DNA of 63,783 bases, filler included, from Intoshia linei (Eukaryota; Animalia; Orthonectida), in NCBI GenBank assembly GCA_001642005.1. It is 6 parts of 6 records of this genome, joined end to end, with 100 filler letters (N's around TTAATTAATTAA, not from the genome) between each part and the next. Parts side by side here need not be neighbours in the genome. Positions count along the whole stretch, not along the records: positions 11,392 to 33,261 come from LWCA01000619.1; positions 33,362 to 55,846 come from LWCA01000610.1; 4 more parts are not named here. One strand, 5' to 3'. This document shows positions 25,996 through 39,300 of the stretch, one piece after another. The notes beneath the pieces were generated by a model, which saw nothing but the letters and a program-made list of their open reading frames with translations, made no database searches and was not told where the DNA came from. Within the stretch, counting starts at the first letter, position 1; each line of letters starts with the position of its first letter. A program made the translations under genes and the position numbers.

Positions 25996-26835
25996 TATAA
26001 ATAGAGAATATCTATATTTAAAAATTTTTCATTGTTTTAATTTATCTGGCTCGTGGTTCAAATAGTTTACCGACCCCCATTTCAAAATATTTATTTTTTT
26101 AAATCTTAAAAGAAACATGAAATATAAAACATGGATGAAACAATTAAAGGTTTTTCATCATAGGATTGTGTAAAATCGTGTTTTCAAAAAGGTCTTGGAA
26201 AATGAAGATTTTTTATTGAGGGTTGTTAAAATTTCATTTTGTGTTAGGATTGTATTGCTCATAAGATTTTCTAGTCGGATTAAATAAGATCGGATAAGAT
26301 AAAATCGGATTTTTAAAAATAATATTGAATAAAGAGGATATTTCCTTTAAGGCTTAAGCGTTGGTATCATTGGAGTTTTATTTTGTGATTAGAATAAGAT
26401 ATTTTTCTTAAAAGATTTGGTAAAATCGTGTTTTTTAAAAAAATATTGTAAAAAAGGTATTTTTCACTTCACGGTTGATAAAATTGTATTTTTTATTTTG
26501 TGATCTTTTCCATAAGGCTGAAGGCATAATTCCATGTCTAGGCTGGTCCAAAAAAAACACCGCATCTTTTCATTGTACTAATTACTATATTACATATTTA
26601 TTTATATAGTTAATTTATTGGAATTCTTATTAGTATTTTATTAATTTTAAAAGATAAATGGGACAATGATACAATAATATGTAAATAAAATCAAATTAGA
26701 TACATTCACAGCATTTCGGATAGAACTGATAGCATTTTGATGAATTTATAATGTAATACTGTAACAAAATATATTTTAATAATTTTTACATTTAGTTTAT
26801 GATTTTTTCATTATAATGTCATTATATACAATAAA

Positions 26836-29800
26836 TTAACGTTTAACATGTTGCAGTTGTCTTTGTACGGTTGAAACACCATTAATGAATTTAGTTTTAA
26901 ATAAAACATCCGCATTGTTGAACATTCCATCTTTCAATGATACAACTATAAATTGAGAATTTTTAAAGTGTTTTCTTATCATGGTTCCAACATTTTGAGT
27001 GTGAGAAGAATCCAAAGCCTAAATACAAATTTTCAAATTAGACTAAGCAAATACTCTTTCAATTAATTTAATTTAACTAAAAAAAAATACCGCATCGACT
27101 TCATCCAGGATATAAATTGGAGCAGGATTGAACAGTAACAAACTCAATATTAGTGATAGTGCCACTAAAGACCTAAAAAATAATTACTAAAAATTTTATA
27201 TGCCAAGCGACATAGCAAAAAAAATAAATTTTTTTAACATACAATCTTGATTATCCGTAGAAACTGAAATGTAAGCTTATAAATTAAGAATTTATTAATT
27301 ATTAGTTATTAATAATAACTAATTTACATGTAAAATATAGAATACAGATTGTATACCAGATTATATTTTAAAAAATTTCCATCGGTAAAAACCTGGTCGT
27401 TTTAAAAATACATTCAAAACCGATTAAACTTTTAAATACAAAATATAGTAATGAAAATCGTCCAAAATTTTGACATTTTATATCATTTCAACTGATTTAT
27501 ATATTTTAGTGCGTTATGAAAATTGAACTGAGTCATTGATCATAGCGATTTAGCATCGCATTTAATTTGTTGAGCGTTAAAAATCAGTGGGTAAAATTAA
27601 AAAAATAAAAAAACGAGTAATATTTAAAAATAATGGTGCGTTGCAGCAAAAGTGTCTAGTAAAAATTTTATACTTTGTTTCACTTAACTGATTTATATAT
27701 TTTAGTGCGTTATAAAAACTCAATCAAATGATGATATCGATTCGATAGTATCGCATTTTATTCTATTGAGTGTTAAAACTTATTGACTAATTTATTGATG
27801 GTGCGAGATTTAAAAAAAAATTCTTCAGTACTAAAACTAATATCTTAAACATGTGTCACACCAGTACCAAGCTACAATGCTCGAAACCTACCAAACTTAT
27901 AAATATGAAAATAGACTGATTTCTTACACAAAAATGAAGAAAACTGGCTATATTTCAATAATTTCCAAATTGTTTTATTTGATCAGCCACACCAACAATA
28001 AGTCAAATTTTAGACTACTTGAAATAAAAAAGTTTATGAAATATATTATGTACACAAAATCAAATAAAAACCTTTGACCACCGCTGAGTTCATTTAAAGA
28101 GGATTTCCATACAGATCCAATATAAACTTTAATTTCGAGTCCATCTAATATAGATTGATTTTCTGGAGCATCCAATCTAGCATTAGTGTCAGGTAATAAC
28201 GTCGAAAAAATTCGACCAAAATCCTAAAAAAATGGTTATTAAATCATTTCGAAATCAGTATATCAGAACGTAGAAATCTAAATAACTAGTGTATTTGTAA
28301 AAATCAATGAATTAGAATAGACTATTATTATATTATATAATAGACAATAAGAAAATTAGTTTTTTAGTAATTAATTATTAGTTTTAAAAAATGGGTTGTA
28401 GCAAAAAAATTATTTAAAAAACCCAATTTGATCAAGTTTTACCACCAATAGATTCAAAATGTTTCATATCAAAATAAATTAAATTACTTTGTTAACTTTA
28501 ATATGAGCCTTTTTGAGAGCTTCATTTTTTTTTGAATCCAACTCTGTAATAACTTGTCCGATAGTTTTCTTATCAATTAAAACAATAGATCGCCTCTTCA
28601 TTAATTTTTTATATTGATCTTCAGCTTGTCCTAAAAGATTCATGGCTCTCATATTAACTTTTTTTGATAATTTTTCCTTTTGATCAAAGACAATATGAAT
28701 CCTTTTATCCAATTCAGTATCCGTATACTTTGAATAATCATACTGCGTATTTTTTTGACCAAACAAGTGTTTTTCATTTTCAATCCACGGATTTTTATCA
28801 AACAAAGTTCTCATTTTATCCTGTGATTGTACCAATTTTTGAGATTTTTGTTTTCTTTCATAATTTATTTCTTTAAGTTTAATTTCACAATCATTAATTG
28901 ATTCCACAAATTCAGATTGTTTTTTGGTCCAGGTTCTAATTTCTGATTCTAGTTTTTTATGTTTTTCATTAATTTCTTTTAAAATTGATTGTGCTTCCTT
29001 GAAATTTTCAAAAATAACGGCAATTTCTAAATTTAATTTACAAAGTTTTTTTTCGTTTAAAATTTTGATTTCGTTAAATTCGTCAATTTGGTTTTTATTT
29101 GATAATAATTCTTCAGATTGTGATGCCAGACTATTTTTTAAGACACTAATTTCTTTGGTAATGTTTAGGTTTGATAATTTAATGTCACTAATTGACGTTT
29201 TTAATTCCTCCACTTTTTGTTGCGCAGAATTTAATTTATTTTGGTTGTTTTGTTCTGAATTTTCTAGGTTGTGTTTCAGTTTATCTAGGGATTTTTTTTT
29301 TTCTATAATTTCGACTTGATTACGTTCAATTTTATTTTTATAGTCGTCCATTAATTTTATTACGGCATTGAAACGTGAAAACTCTACTCCTATAGAACTT
29401 TGTTCCAATTTATTTTTCAAATGATCAATTTGACATTTCAACATGTCATAACGATGTTTTAAGGAAACATAGGCACTTTCCTTTTTATACAAAATTTGGA
29501 TATCAGCTTCATATTTTTTAACTTTTTGGATTAAATTGTGTTTGTCATTATAGAGTTTTGTAACTGTGCCCATTTTTTCCAAAATCGAGTTTGATTTGGT
29601 TCTAGACCCACCAGTAAGTGTTCCAGCTGGGTCAAAAAAATCGCCAGTTAAAGTAATTGTTCTACGATAAACGTTTTTGTCGAATGCTATTTTTTTAGCA
29701 ATGTTCATGTCATCACATACAAATGACTGACCAAAAATAAACTTCATTGCTGGAAGAACCTTTTCATCAAATCTTAATAAAGATAAGGCCGTGTGAACCT

Positions 29801-31595
29801 TATCGCCTCCAATATATTTAGCCTGGTCAATTCGACTCTGTTCCATATCTCTAGATAAGATTTTATCAAGTGGTATAAAAGTTTTCCTATGTCTCAAATT
29901 ACCTTTCTCCAGTAACAGTTTTGCAGTTTCTTTGTTATCAACTACAATATTCTGTAATCGTGAACCACCCAAAATTTCGATAGCTTCATGGAATTTTGGA
30001 TCAATGACCGTAAACAAGGACGCCACACAACCATACACATGTTTTGACTGATCAAATCCATCAATATCATCAAATTTTATCTGGTACCTGTAAATAATGG
30101 AATCAAACTCATTTATCGAATCGTCGATGCTGACAATATTGTTTTTGGCAATGTCCTTTTCATGAGACATCATGCTCAAAACCTTTTCATCAAAATGCAA
30201 ATTTTTAATTTCATTTTCAAATTGCACCAATTGGTTTTCCCCATTTTTAATTTCCGTCAATTTGTGGGTGTGTTCCGATTGAATTTTCTCAAAGTTCATT
30301 TTTTTGGAATCATAGTTTTGAGTTAAATGGTCCAAATCATTTTTTGTGCACGTTATTCCCGTTTCAAGAATATTTAAATCTCGTTCATATTCCATAATTT
30401 TTCTTTCCACCGTCAAACCATCTGAACCTTTAACACTGATTCCTGCGGCAATGGATTTATATGTGTTTGCAGCTTCCTCTTGTTCCTTAATTTTAGATTT
30501 TAATAAATCATTTCCTGTAACCAAATCTTTTTCTATCGTTTCTAAATGCAAGTTTGACTTTTCAATGCTTTCAGAAACATTTTTATTTAATTTAATCATG
30601 TTATTACATCGTTCCTGTTCAGACTCCAATTCATTTGTTAAATCGTTTTTTGATGCCAAACCTTTGTTATATTCAAATTCTAAATTTTTATTTTTAGCCG
30701 AAACAGCATTAAACTCTTCAGTTTGACATTTCATAAACTTTTCATTCAAAATTTCCAAATCTTGTTTAATTTGAACCAATTCAACATTGAGTTGAGTGTG
30801 TTGATTATTTAAATCCACAATTTCTTGGTCCAACACTGCTATCCGATCTGAATGAGATGAAATTATATTTTTGGATTCATCGTACATAAATACCGTTTTA
30901 AGACGGTTCAACACTTCAAACTCTCTAGTCAATTTTTGATATTCTAAATATGACGCTCTGTCTTTTCTAAGAGTTTCCAACCTGCCTTCAATTTCCCTCA
31001 TATTCAATTCAATTTCGGATAACTTTTTATCCTTTTTTTCAATCAATTTTTGAACTGCCGCCTTTTTACTTTCGTATAAACTTGTTCCAGCTGCTTCTTC
31101 CACAATTGACAAAATTTCAGCCGGTTTCATATTCAAAACTTTGGTAATGCGACCCTGCATTATTAGAAAATGAGGATTATTTACATTTAGATGAACAGTT
31201 AAAAATAAATCTCGAACTCTTTGCGCTTGAGCATTGTTCCCATTTATAAGATATTTATTTTTACCTCCCACTACCACTTGACGAGTTACAGTGATTTCAT
31301 CCATTTCAATGTAACCCAGAGGACTATCCTTTTTTTCAGTATTATTAAAAACTAAACTGACGGAGGCTTTGGTTACGCCAGCTTGCCCATTTTTAAATAC
31401 CAATTCTTGTAATGATGAAGCTCGAACATGGCTTAAATTGGTGATTCCTAAAACAAAACAAATTGCGTCTAAAATATTGGATTTCCCACTTCCATTTAAT
31501 CCGGTAATTGCATTAAATTGTTTGTCAAATAGACCAATTGATGTAAAACTTGCGTAGGATTTGAAACCATCTATTATTATTGATTTTATAAACAT
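26836..31595 (-). CDS. SMC2: Structural maintenance of chromosomes protein 2 (condensin)
   Basis: Exons 31595-28488, 28223-28072, 27172-27091, 27018-26836. Walker [40 protein letters not shown], hinge [51 protein letters not shown]. Confidence 0.98.
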
Positions 31596-31618
31596 GATAA
31601 AAAATTTCAATTAAAATT

Positions 31619-31627
31619 GCGCGAAAA
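31619..31627 (-). promoter_or_regulatory. E2F-type site TTTTCGCGC in the NUDT2-SMC2 spacer
   Basis: Matches the TTTSSCGC consensus 23 nt upstream of the SMC2 ATG and is the only GC patch in the spacer. Confidence 0.45.
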
Positions 31628-31637
31628 TAAAATAACT

Positions 31638-32376
31638 TTATTTAATATTTTTAATATAATTATCACATTGTGATATACAATCGACTGTGTTTGCGTATTG
31701 GGTGACTTTTCTAAATTCATCTAATGTCATCCAATCATAATCGCAATGTTCGTGAGATAAGTTTATTGTTACACGAGCTTCCACTAGCTTTGCTGGCCAG
31801 TATGTCACCTGTTTGTTTTTGGAATTTACAGTGTAGTTGATTTTTATCATGTGGTCGTCAATTTCGTATTGGTTTTCTTTTAGACCAGCTTCTTCTTCTG
31901 TTTCGCGTTTGGCGGCTTCCATGTGACTTTCATTTTTCTCCACGTGTCCTATAAATAGGACATTAGTCTAATTGAGCAGTTTCAACCTAGTCACTTGTTA
32001 AATTATAACTACAAATAATTTTGAAATTCTGACAACCCCAGATTGTAAACATCGGTTCAACACCTAAAAATGTTTATTTTCCAAGATTCATTCTAAGGGT
32101 CGTAGTCTACAACTTGTAAGTAACTTTTATTATCAAACTAAAGTTAGATTTTGGTATAATATAACTAGATAAACCCTATGAATAACGGAAAATAAAAATA
32201 AAATACGTTACCCTTTGGCGGAGTCCAGTGAGCTGATTTTCTTGTACTTTTGAGCATCAAATATTCAACATTATCATTATTTAGTCTATATACTATTAAC
32301 CCTGCCGCTTCAACTATTTTCGTCTAAAAATAAACTTTAAAACAAAGAAAATTAATATGACACTCAATATTACCAT
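31638..32376 (-). CDS. NUDT2: Bis(5'-nucleosyl)-tetraphosphatase, asymmetrical (Ap4A hydrolase, Nudix)
   Basis: Exons 32376-32374 (ATG only), 32323-32212, 31948-31638. AAGLIVYR..EYLML..HWTPPKGHVE, Nudix box AAKRETEEEAGL, KQVTYW, LSHEHCDYDW. Confidence 0.93.
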
Positions 32377-32422
32377 ATTTTTAAAAAATTTAAATAAATT
32401 CACAATTTCATAAAAATGTATA

Positions 32423-32594
32423 CAGTGATATCTCGATATAGTCACGTTCAATTACTTCAATTTTAGTTTATTTAGAGTTAAATGTAAAGCCAAAATTACA
32501 TATCTATGATTGCAAAAAATATTTTTGGCTTAAAATTGTTTCTAAATAAACTAAAATTTAAGTCATCGAACGTGACTATATCGAGATATCACTA
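32423..32594. mobile_element. Palindromic pogo/mariner-like MITE just upstream of NUDT2
   Basis: Long imperfect TIRs CAGTGATATCTCGATATAGTCACGTTC.../...GAACGTGACTATATCGAGATATCACT(A), with TA on the left flank. Confidence 0.85.
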
Positions 32595-32689
32595 TTTTTG
32601 AAAGAATATATTCACGAACTGATTTATTATGTAACCAACGATATTATCACAATTTCAAATTTATTTTTGGGCAATTTTGATTCATTTTT

Positions 32690-32916
32690 GTTTTCACCAG
32701 GAATGCGTAGATTTTTGGGTTGATATTTTGTATCTATCAACTGTAATAAGCTGTATCAGAATATTTTTTTAATTGTAGGACCGCTAATTATTTCACATTT
32801 TTTGTTTTAATAAAATATTTCGAAAAAAAATATATAAAATTAAATGCTTTTTTTGATCCTGAATTCGTCACTTATTCGGATTGAATTTTTCTGTGTGTGT
32901 TAACAGGATACAACTG
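32690..32916 (-). mobile_element. Helitron internal fragment
   Basis: Reverse complement of about 41690-41920. Confidence 0.7.
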
Positions 32917-34710
32917 CGCAAAAGGGTGTCCATGCATTTCAAAGTTCTTTCTGCTATTTCATTGTATATGAAATATTAAGTCTATTACTGAAAGGGTTTT
33001 CACGAATCCAATGCTTATTTAAGCATTTTAATACATTAGGATACTAAAATAAATAATAATCATAATATTTATGTTACATTTAATACCAATTCTTCTTCTA
33101 GTGAATTCCATTTTGCAAATCTTTGATATCTGCAGGTGAACCAACATTGAGACCAAATATCAACAATAAAATCGCAATTTTTTAACTTTAGGGGATCTGT
33201 CTATAAATATAATATAGGCTTTTAGAGCATATAATGCTCTGCTATTCCATCGAGCATTTGANNNNNNNNNNNNNNNNNNNNNNNNNNNNNNNNNNNNNNN
33301 NNNNNTTAATTAATTAANNNNNNNNNNNNNNNNNNNNNNNNNNNNNNNNNNNNNNNNNNNNCTGATCTTTATTACGTTTATTTTTTTATTGGCGTGTCTG
33401 GTGGAAGAATTTGGCAATTTAATAAAAAATTTAGCTTATTTTTCAATAATTTGGCGTATAAGTTAATAATTTGGCTTACGAAAAATAATATAATGATTTT
33501 ATAAACAATATAAATGCTGGCTTGCTTGGAATGTAAAAGCATTTGTCATCAACTTACTCTAAATTTGATCAATTTTTCGTTGCTCTAGTCTGGATTTGAC
33601 AATGTTAATTTTTCGCACAAAAGTTATGCTATTGAACAATTTAAATATATTACATAATGCTAACGGACTAATGATAAGTGAATTTCTAAAATTAATAAAG
33701 CAACATTCTCGAATGGTCTCGGTATTGTAGGTCCGACTCTGGACTCGAATGCGTATTTTTAAACATTTTTTTGTTTAGTATTGACACTTTTTCAAAAAAT
33801 ATTAATTTCTAGTAGCGATATTAAGTATACATGTATTATTAATTTTTGATTATTATTGGCAGGTTATCATATTTTAATGTGCATCAAATTATTTAACATA
33901 ACTAATAATATTAGTAATAATATAGATTTTATTGATTAAAGTATTATTTATAGTTACACTTTTGTTTTTAATGATAACTAGAGAAGCTTTGCTCATTTGC
34001 TATTCATCTATTATGAAATTTGTAATTGAAAGTTATTTATATTTAATTATGTCCAGTGTTATTACAAAAATTCAAATGTAACTCTCTTACCTCGATATTT
34101 AAGCAAGGTTTTGAAAAACATCACCATAGTTACTATATTTAGGTAAACACGTTTGTGCAAGGAACTATTCCCGTCTGGACACTGTTATTATTGCAACTAA
34201 ACATTGACACTCCAAATTTTATTTTATCAAATTCCGCAATAATCTACGTGTGGTACAATTTTAAATTTAAATTAATAATGTCAAAAATATAACTGAAATT
34301 TTAGGTGGATAAATGCATTGACATGTTGTCTGTCATTAGGCGACTATGCTGTGAATCGTAAAAAATGTTTCAGAGTTTTAAAGAAATATTAATTGGTTGT
34401 AAATTATTGAAATGTAAATAAATAATGAAAATTAGAGTTATAACTTGTACAAAGCTTTTATGATAAGTGATACAATTTGGTTGGTAAGTTCAATTTAAGT
34501 ATAAATTGAAAATAATGTAAAATTCGAGCGTTCAAGATAAGAGTACCTATGAAAACACAACATATTTATAGTATCTAAGACGACATGCTTATATGAACGA
34601 TTTTTTAGTTATTTAAGTCGATTGTACTGTCTGATTTTATTCTATTTTTTATTTTAAAACGCAACTTGTATACTTTATAATTAAAAAGCCATTAATTTAC
34701 CATTTTAACA

Positions 34711-36211
34711 ATGCTAAAAAGAATTGAATTAGAAAAACAAGGAAAGCCAGCGGAAGAGGTAAATGAGATGATAAAATTTATACACAATGATAGATTACTG
34801 AATTAATTCTCGACAACTGTCACAGTACTGTCATTGAAGGATTAGACAATTCCTTTATGAAATTGGAAACACTGAGTTTAAACAATGTGGGTTTGAAATC
34901 AATTAAAAATTTTCCAAAGTTAATATCACTCACAACGGTAAATTTTATTTTTTTGGCAATACAATTGTATACTGATAATTTGAATATATAATGTTTATAT
35001 AGCTGGTTCTCAGTGACAATAAAATATCAGATTCACTCGATGAATTAATAAAATGCAGAAAAATATCCACCTTAAATTTGAGTGGTACCAATATCAAAAC
35101 CCTTGCTGAAATCAGCCCACTGGTTTGTTCATTTTTGAAAATATTGAATTACTAATATAGCATGAATTACGATATTTGCGGAGTTTGGATGTAACTAATT
35201 CTCCAATCACCAAAGTTCCAGATTATAGACAAAAAATCTTTACCATGATTCCTCATATTAGATATATTGATGGCGTGAGTATTAACAATGAATCCGAAGA
35301 CGGTAATATGAATGGAGACGAAATTTCAAACTCTGAATATGATGATTCTGATTGCCAGGATAGTGATATTGTAGATAGCGAATTGAACGATCCAAACCTT
35401 ATAACAAAATCTTTTTCTGTTCCTCAGCATGACGATGACGACGATGAATATGAAGGTTAGTAATTTCATTCAATTCAACTAATCAATTTGAATAGACGAA
35501 ACGGAAGAGGAAGATGATGAAGAAGATGGCATTCGTGTTCTCATGGGGGATAATATTGATGTAAGAATTTTCTTTTTTTTTCTAATTGTTTTAGACTGAT
35601 GAAAATGACCAAAAGTTTGAACCCAATGATGAAGAATCAAATTCTAACGGTAAATTTTAACAAATTTTAAGATTACAACCTCTGTATAATGTAATAAAAT
35701 TGATTATGTCATAACTAGTTACACTATTTAAATAAATTTAAAATCAATTTATGTAAACAAAAAGTTACGTTATACAGAGGTTTTGATGTGTATAAAGGTA
35801 GATTTAATTTATCTAGATAATCAGTATCAAGGTATGTACGATGATAATGTTGAACAAGTTGAAGATTTTGATGAAGAGGATGATGATGATGACGAAGATG
35901 ATTCAGAGGAAGACAACGACGTTGATAATCTGGCTACAAAAGACAACACCAAAATAATCAACAATTATCTAAATGTAAACGAAAGCAGTGATGAGTATGA
36001 ATCAGACGAGGACGATGACGACGAAAGTGAAGATGATGGTCACGAAAAGTCGGCTCTAGCTCACCTTTATACCAACGTTTACAACCAAGAAGACATTTCA
36101 AAGGATAACGATTACGAAGATGATTCAGTCGGTTCAGAGGATTCTAAGGAAGAAATCGAACAAAATGCAGGATTGAAGAGAACGTATGAAGAATTTGAAC
36201 AAGACGAATAA
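34711..36211 (+). CDS. ANP32: Acidic leucine-rich nuclear phosphoprotein 32 family (LRR, LRRcap, long acidic tail)
   Basis: [90 protein letters not shown]-rich tail over four exons and a C-terminal KR. Confidence 0.93.
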
Positions 36212-36340
36212 ATTGTAAAAATCAACTTTTAGACAAAAAATTTTAATTAAGTTATACAATATATCAACGAACGAAAAATTTGTCAATTTGTCAATTTGTG
36301 TAAAATTATATTGTAATTACATGTAAATTTACTAAATTTT

Positions 36341-39300
36341 TCAAGACACGTACAATTGGTTCACGTTTGCTGACTGTAATTCAATTGATGTAAATTGGAA
36401 ATATGTTTTTTTTATCATTAATCTCAAAGCATCTAGTGCGTTTTCATTTCCAGTTTTTCTCTTGTACATTGTTTTAGTTATTTGTTTCAACTTCATATCA
36501 ATACTTTGCGATATCTGTAAAATGTAAAATGACTTGATTTATATTTAATTTATCAGTCACAATCAGTGTTTCCACATGTCGGGATTTTATCCCATTTTTT
36601 AGCCGAGACGACCGCTACATTATTATTTCAAAAATCCCACTTTTATCCCGACATTAATAATATTTAATAAACACAATATCAAACCCTTAGGGAAAAATTC
36701 ATTTAATCCAATCCAAAATTCAATTTTGCCAATTCTTAAAGGAAAAGTCCAATTTTAACATATCTTAATTTTTTATTCTTAATTATATCTTAATAATAAA
36801 AAATTTCTTAATCCAACCCCAATATTATTCAAAATGCAATTTTACCAATCCTTACCTCTTAAGTTCAATTTCCTTTTATCTATATTTATTAGAAAAATCT
36901 AATTTTACCAAACCTTTCGAGCATTGCCGAAAATCTTTCCGAAGTTGTGTCGAAATTTTTGTAAAATGGATGTCTCATTTTTCAGAATTAAACATTAAAA
37001 ATATTATATTATAATATTAATTATCGAATAAATAAATATTAAATATTATTTATGATTCTTAAATATCATAATGTGTATTAAATTTAAAATGATAAGCCAA
37101 GTGAACGACATTAACTCAATTTAGTTTAGTATTATGTCTGTTTAGTGAGTCTCTATTTTGTTAAAAAATCCAAAAACATGACTAAATAATTAATTTAATT
37201 AAAATTAAATATTTCACCAAAATTAAATTAATTAAATTGTATTATTAAAATAAAGTGTCCAGAAAAAAATACGTATTATCAATTTACTATTAAGAACCTT
37301 AGACTAAAGTAAATTATTGTATTTGAAACGGTAACTCGAAAAAAATTCAATTTCATTTATCCACGTTTTCAATTTAATTTCATGATTGCCATAAAAAAAT
37401 CTATGCAAATAATAATAAAGAAATTATTAATGCTGGGATAAAATAAGTTTATTTTCTGGAAACTCTGGTCGCGATTACCTTATTTTGACTAAACATTTGC
37501 TTCCATAGAACCATCAACTAGGGTAAAATTATTGATATTATTTCAATTTTTACTTGAGGGTAAATAATAGAATCGCATTCTGCAAATGTTTTCATTGTAT
37601 TGACAAAGTGAATATTTACTGTTTCCATCATCTATTGCATTGTTAATTGTGTTTAAAATTAAATTTAAATACATTATTCTCTGCCATAAAAATTAAAGCA
37701 GTAATAACATCATTCCAAAAAGTTGTAATTATATCCAGAAATGCTTGATATTTAGTATTATATTCCACGTTTGATGAATAGTGAATTTTAACAATTTTTA
37801 TGCTAGCTTCAATGTAAAATGTCCACAACTATAAAATTAAAATTTTCAGCAATTAAATTTCATTTACCTGACACATTGAAAATATATACATCATGGATGA
37901 CATGTACCACACTGAACTCTAAATTGTAAAATATTAATTCCATATACAATTGTGAATAAGGGTTCGTAACTTTCAAATAAATCGGTTGCTCATTTAAGAA
38001 TAATATTTTTAAAATTTAAACATGATAGTCACTAGATTTATTAATTTTAATTTTCTTTAATGTCACATTGAAAATTTACCTTGGGTAGTTCAGAAATTTT
38101 ACTAATCAAATTGATAATATTGTCGCTTACAGCTTTATGACACTCCAGAGGCACGGGTAATTTCCACGAACTTTTAGTTGCGTAATTGTTATGATAAATG
38201 TAATCAAGATACCCAAGTAATATCCAACTCAAAATACGTATTCGCGATAACGTATCTTCAAAATCTTTATATCTAATACATGATTAAAAAAAATAACACC
38301 AATGATACGAATTTGCGTCAGAACAATTAAGCCAGGGTAAATATTGATATATGAGATACGTTGTTCTGTGGTTATTTTCGCTTTGTGTGGATGTGACATC
38401 GTCCTTCATCCCACTACCACTTTCGATTCCATAACCCACGAGTTCTTGGTTACCTTTTCCTACTCCAGCGTTAGTTGAAAATATAAGACTGACAATAATT
38501 GCAACGCTAATCTTGATATAATGTAAATTATCTTCACTTTGAGAAAAAGTTGATGTAAATGATTTAAAGATTAATAAATCATCTTCTTGTTTTTTTAAAG
38601 ACAAAATAATTTTTTGTATATCCTGTAACCATACTTGATTCGACTCCTATTTAGCAATGTAAAAACGTTTTTTTAAAAATTACTTTTATTTTGTACACCA
38701 AATTAGTGTTGTTGAGGAATTCGCACAAATCACTCAAGTGGGGTAACAAAACGGTCTCTACCATATCCAAATATTTAAAATTGTTATAATATGACAAATC
38801 CAATGGTTGATTTTTAGTTTTGTATTTAATTTTTCCTAGATAGATGGAATATTCTCTTAGATCCCTGTACATTTCGTAAAAGTTTATGCTGCATTCGTGA
38901 CCAACAATCTAAAATAATATTGAATTGAATATTGTCAGTAAATACCTGAATTAAAGTATATATTGAAAATAAACAATTATTGGTCTTTATCTTTAGTGAT
39001 TGACTCAACATTGTCATTACCATCTTTAGTATCAAATATCCGCCCTTGTCCTAAACAACACAACATTTATAAACAATCTTTAACATGAAAATTAAATACC
39101 TTTGAATAAGTTTGGTAAAGAAAATTGGACATGTCGCAAATGTTTAAATAATTTATCGGCAAATAAAACAGAATATCCGAAAATAGTCGAGATACAGTTT
39201 CCAGAAATTTATAAATAACCTTAAATTGGTTATTATTTTACAAAATACAACTTACTTTTCCATTGACACTTGTAAATAACTCTAGAACTCGTTTGATCAT

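Noticed and set aside
25844-26065. ORF with KHDYIKY repeats
   Set aside because: By-product of a 21-bp minisatellite within TE debris; the units have no spacers, so it is not CRISPR.
28664-31557. Several plus-strand ORFs of 62-131 aa
   Set aside because: Antisense shadows of the SMC2 coding exon. The same applies to shadow ORFs over SNAPC4, RPS2 and calpain.
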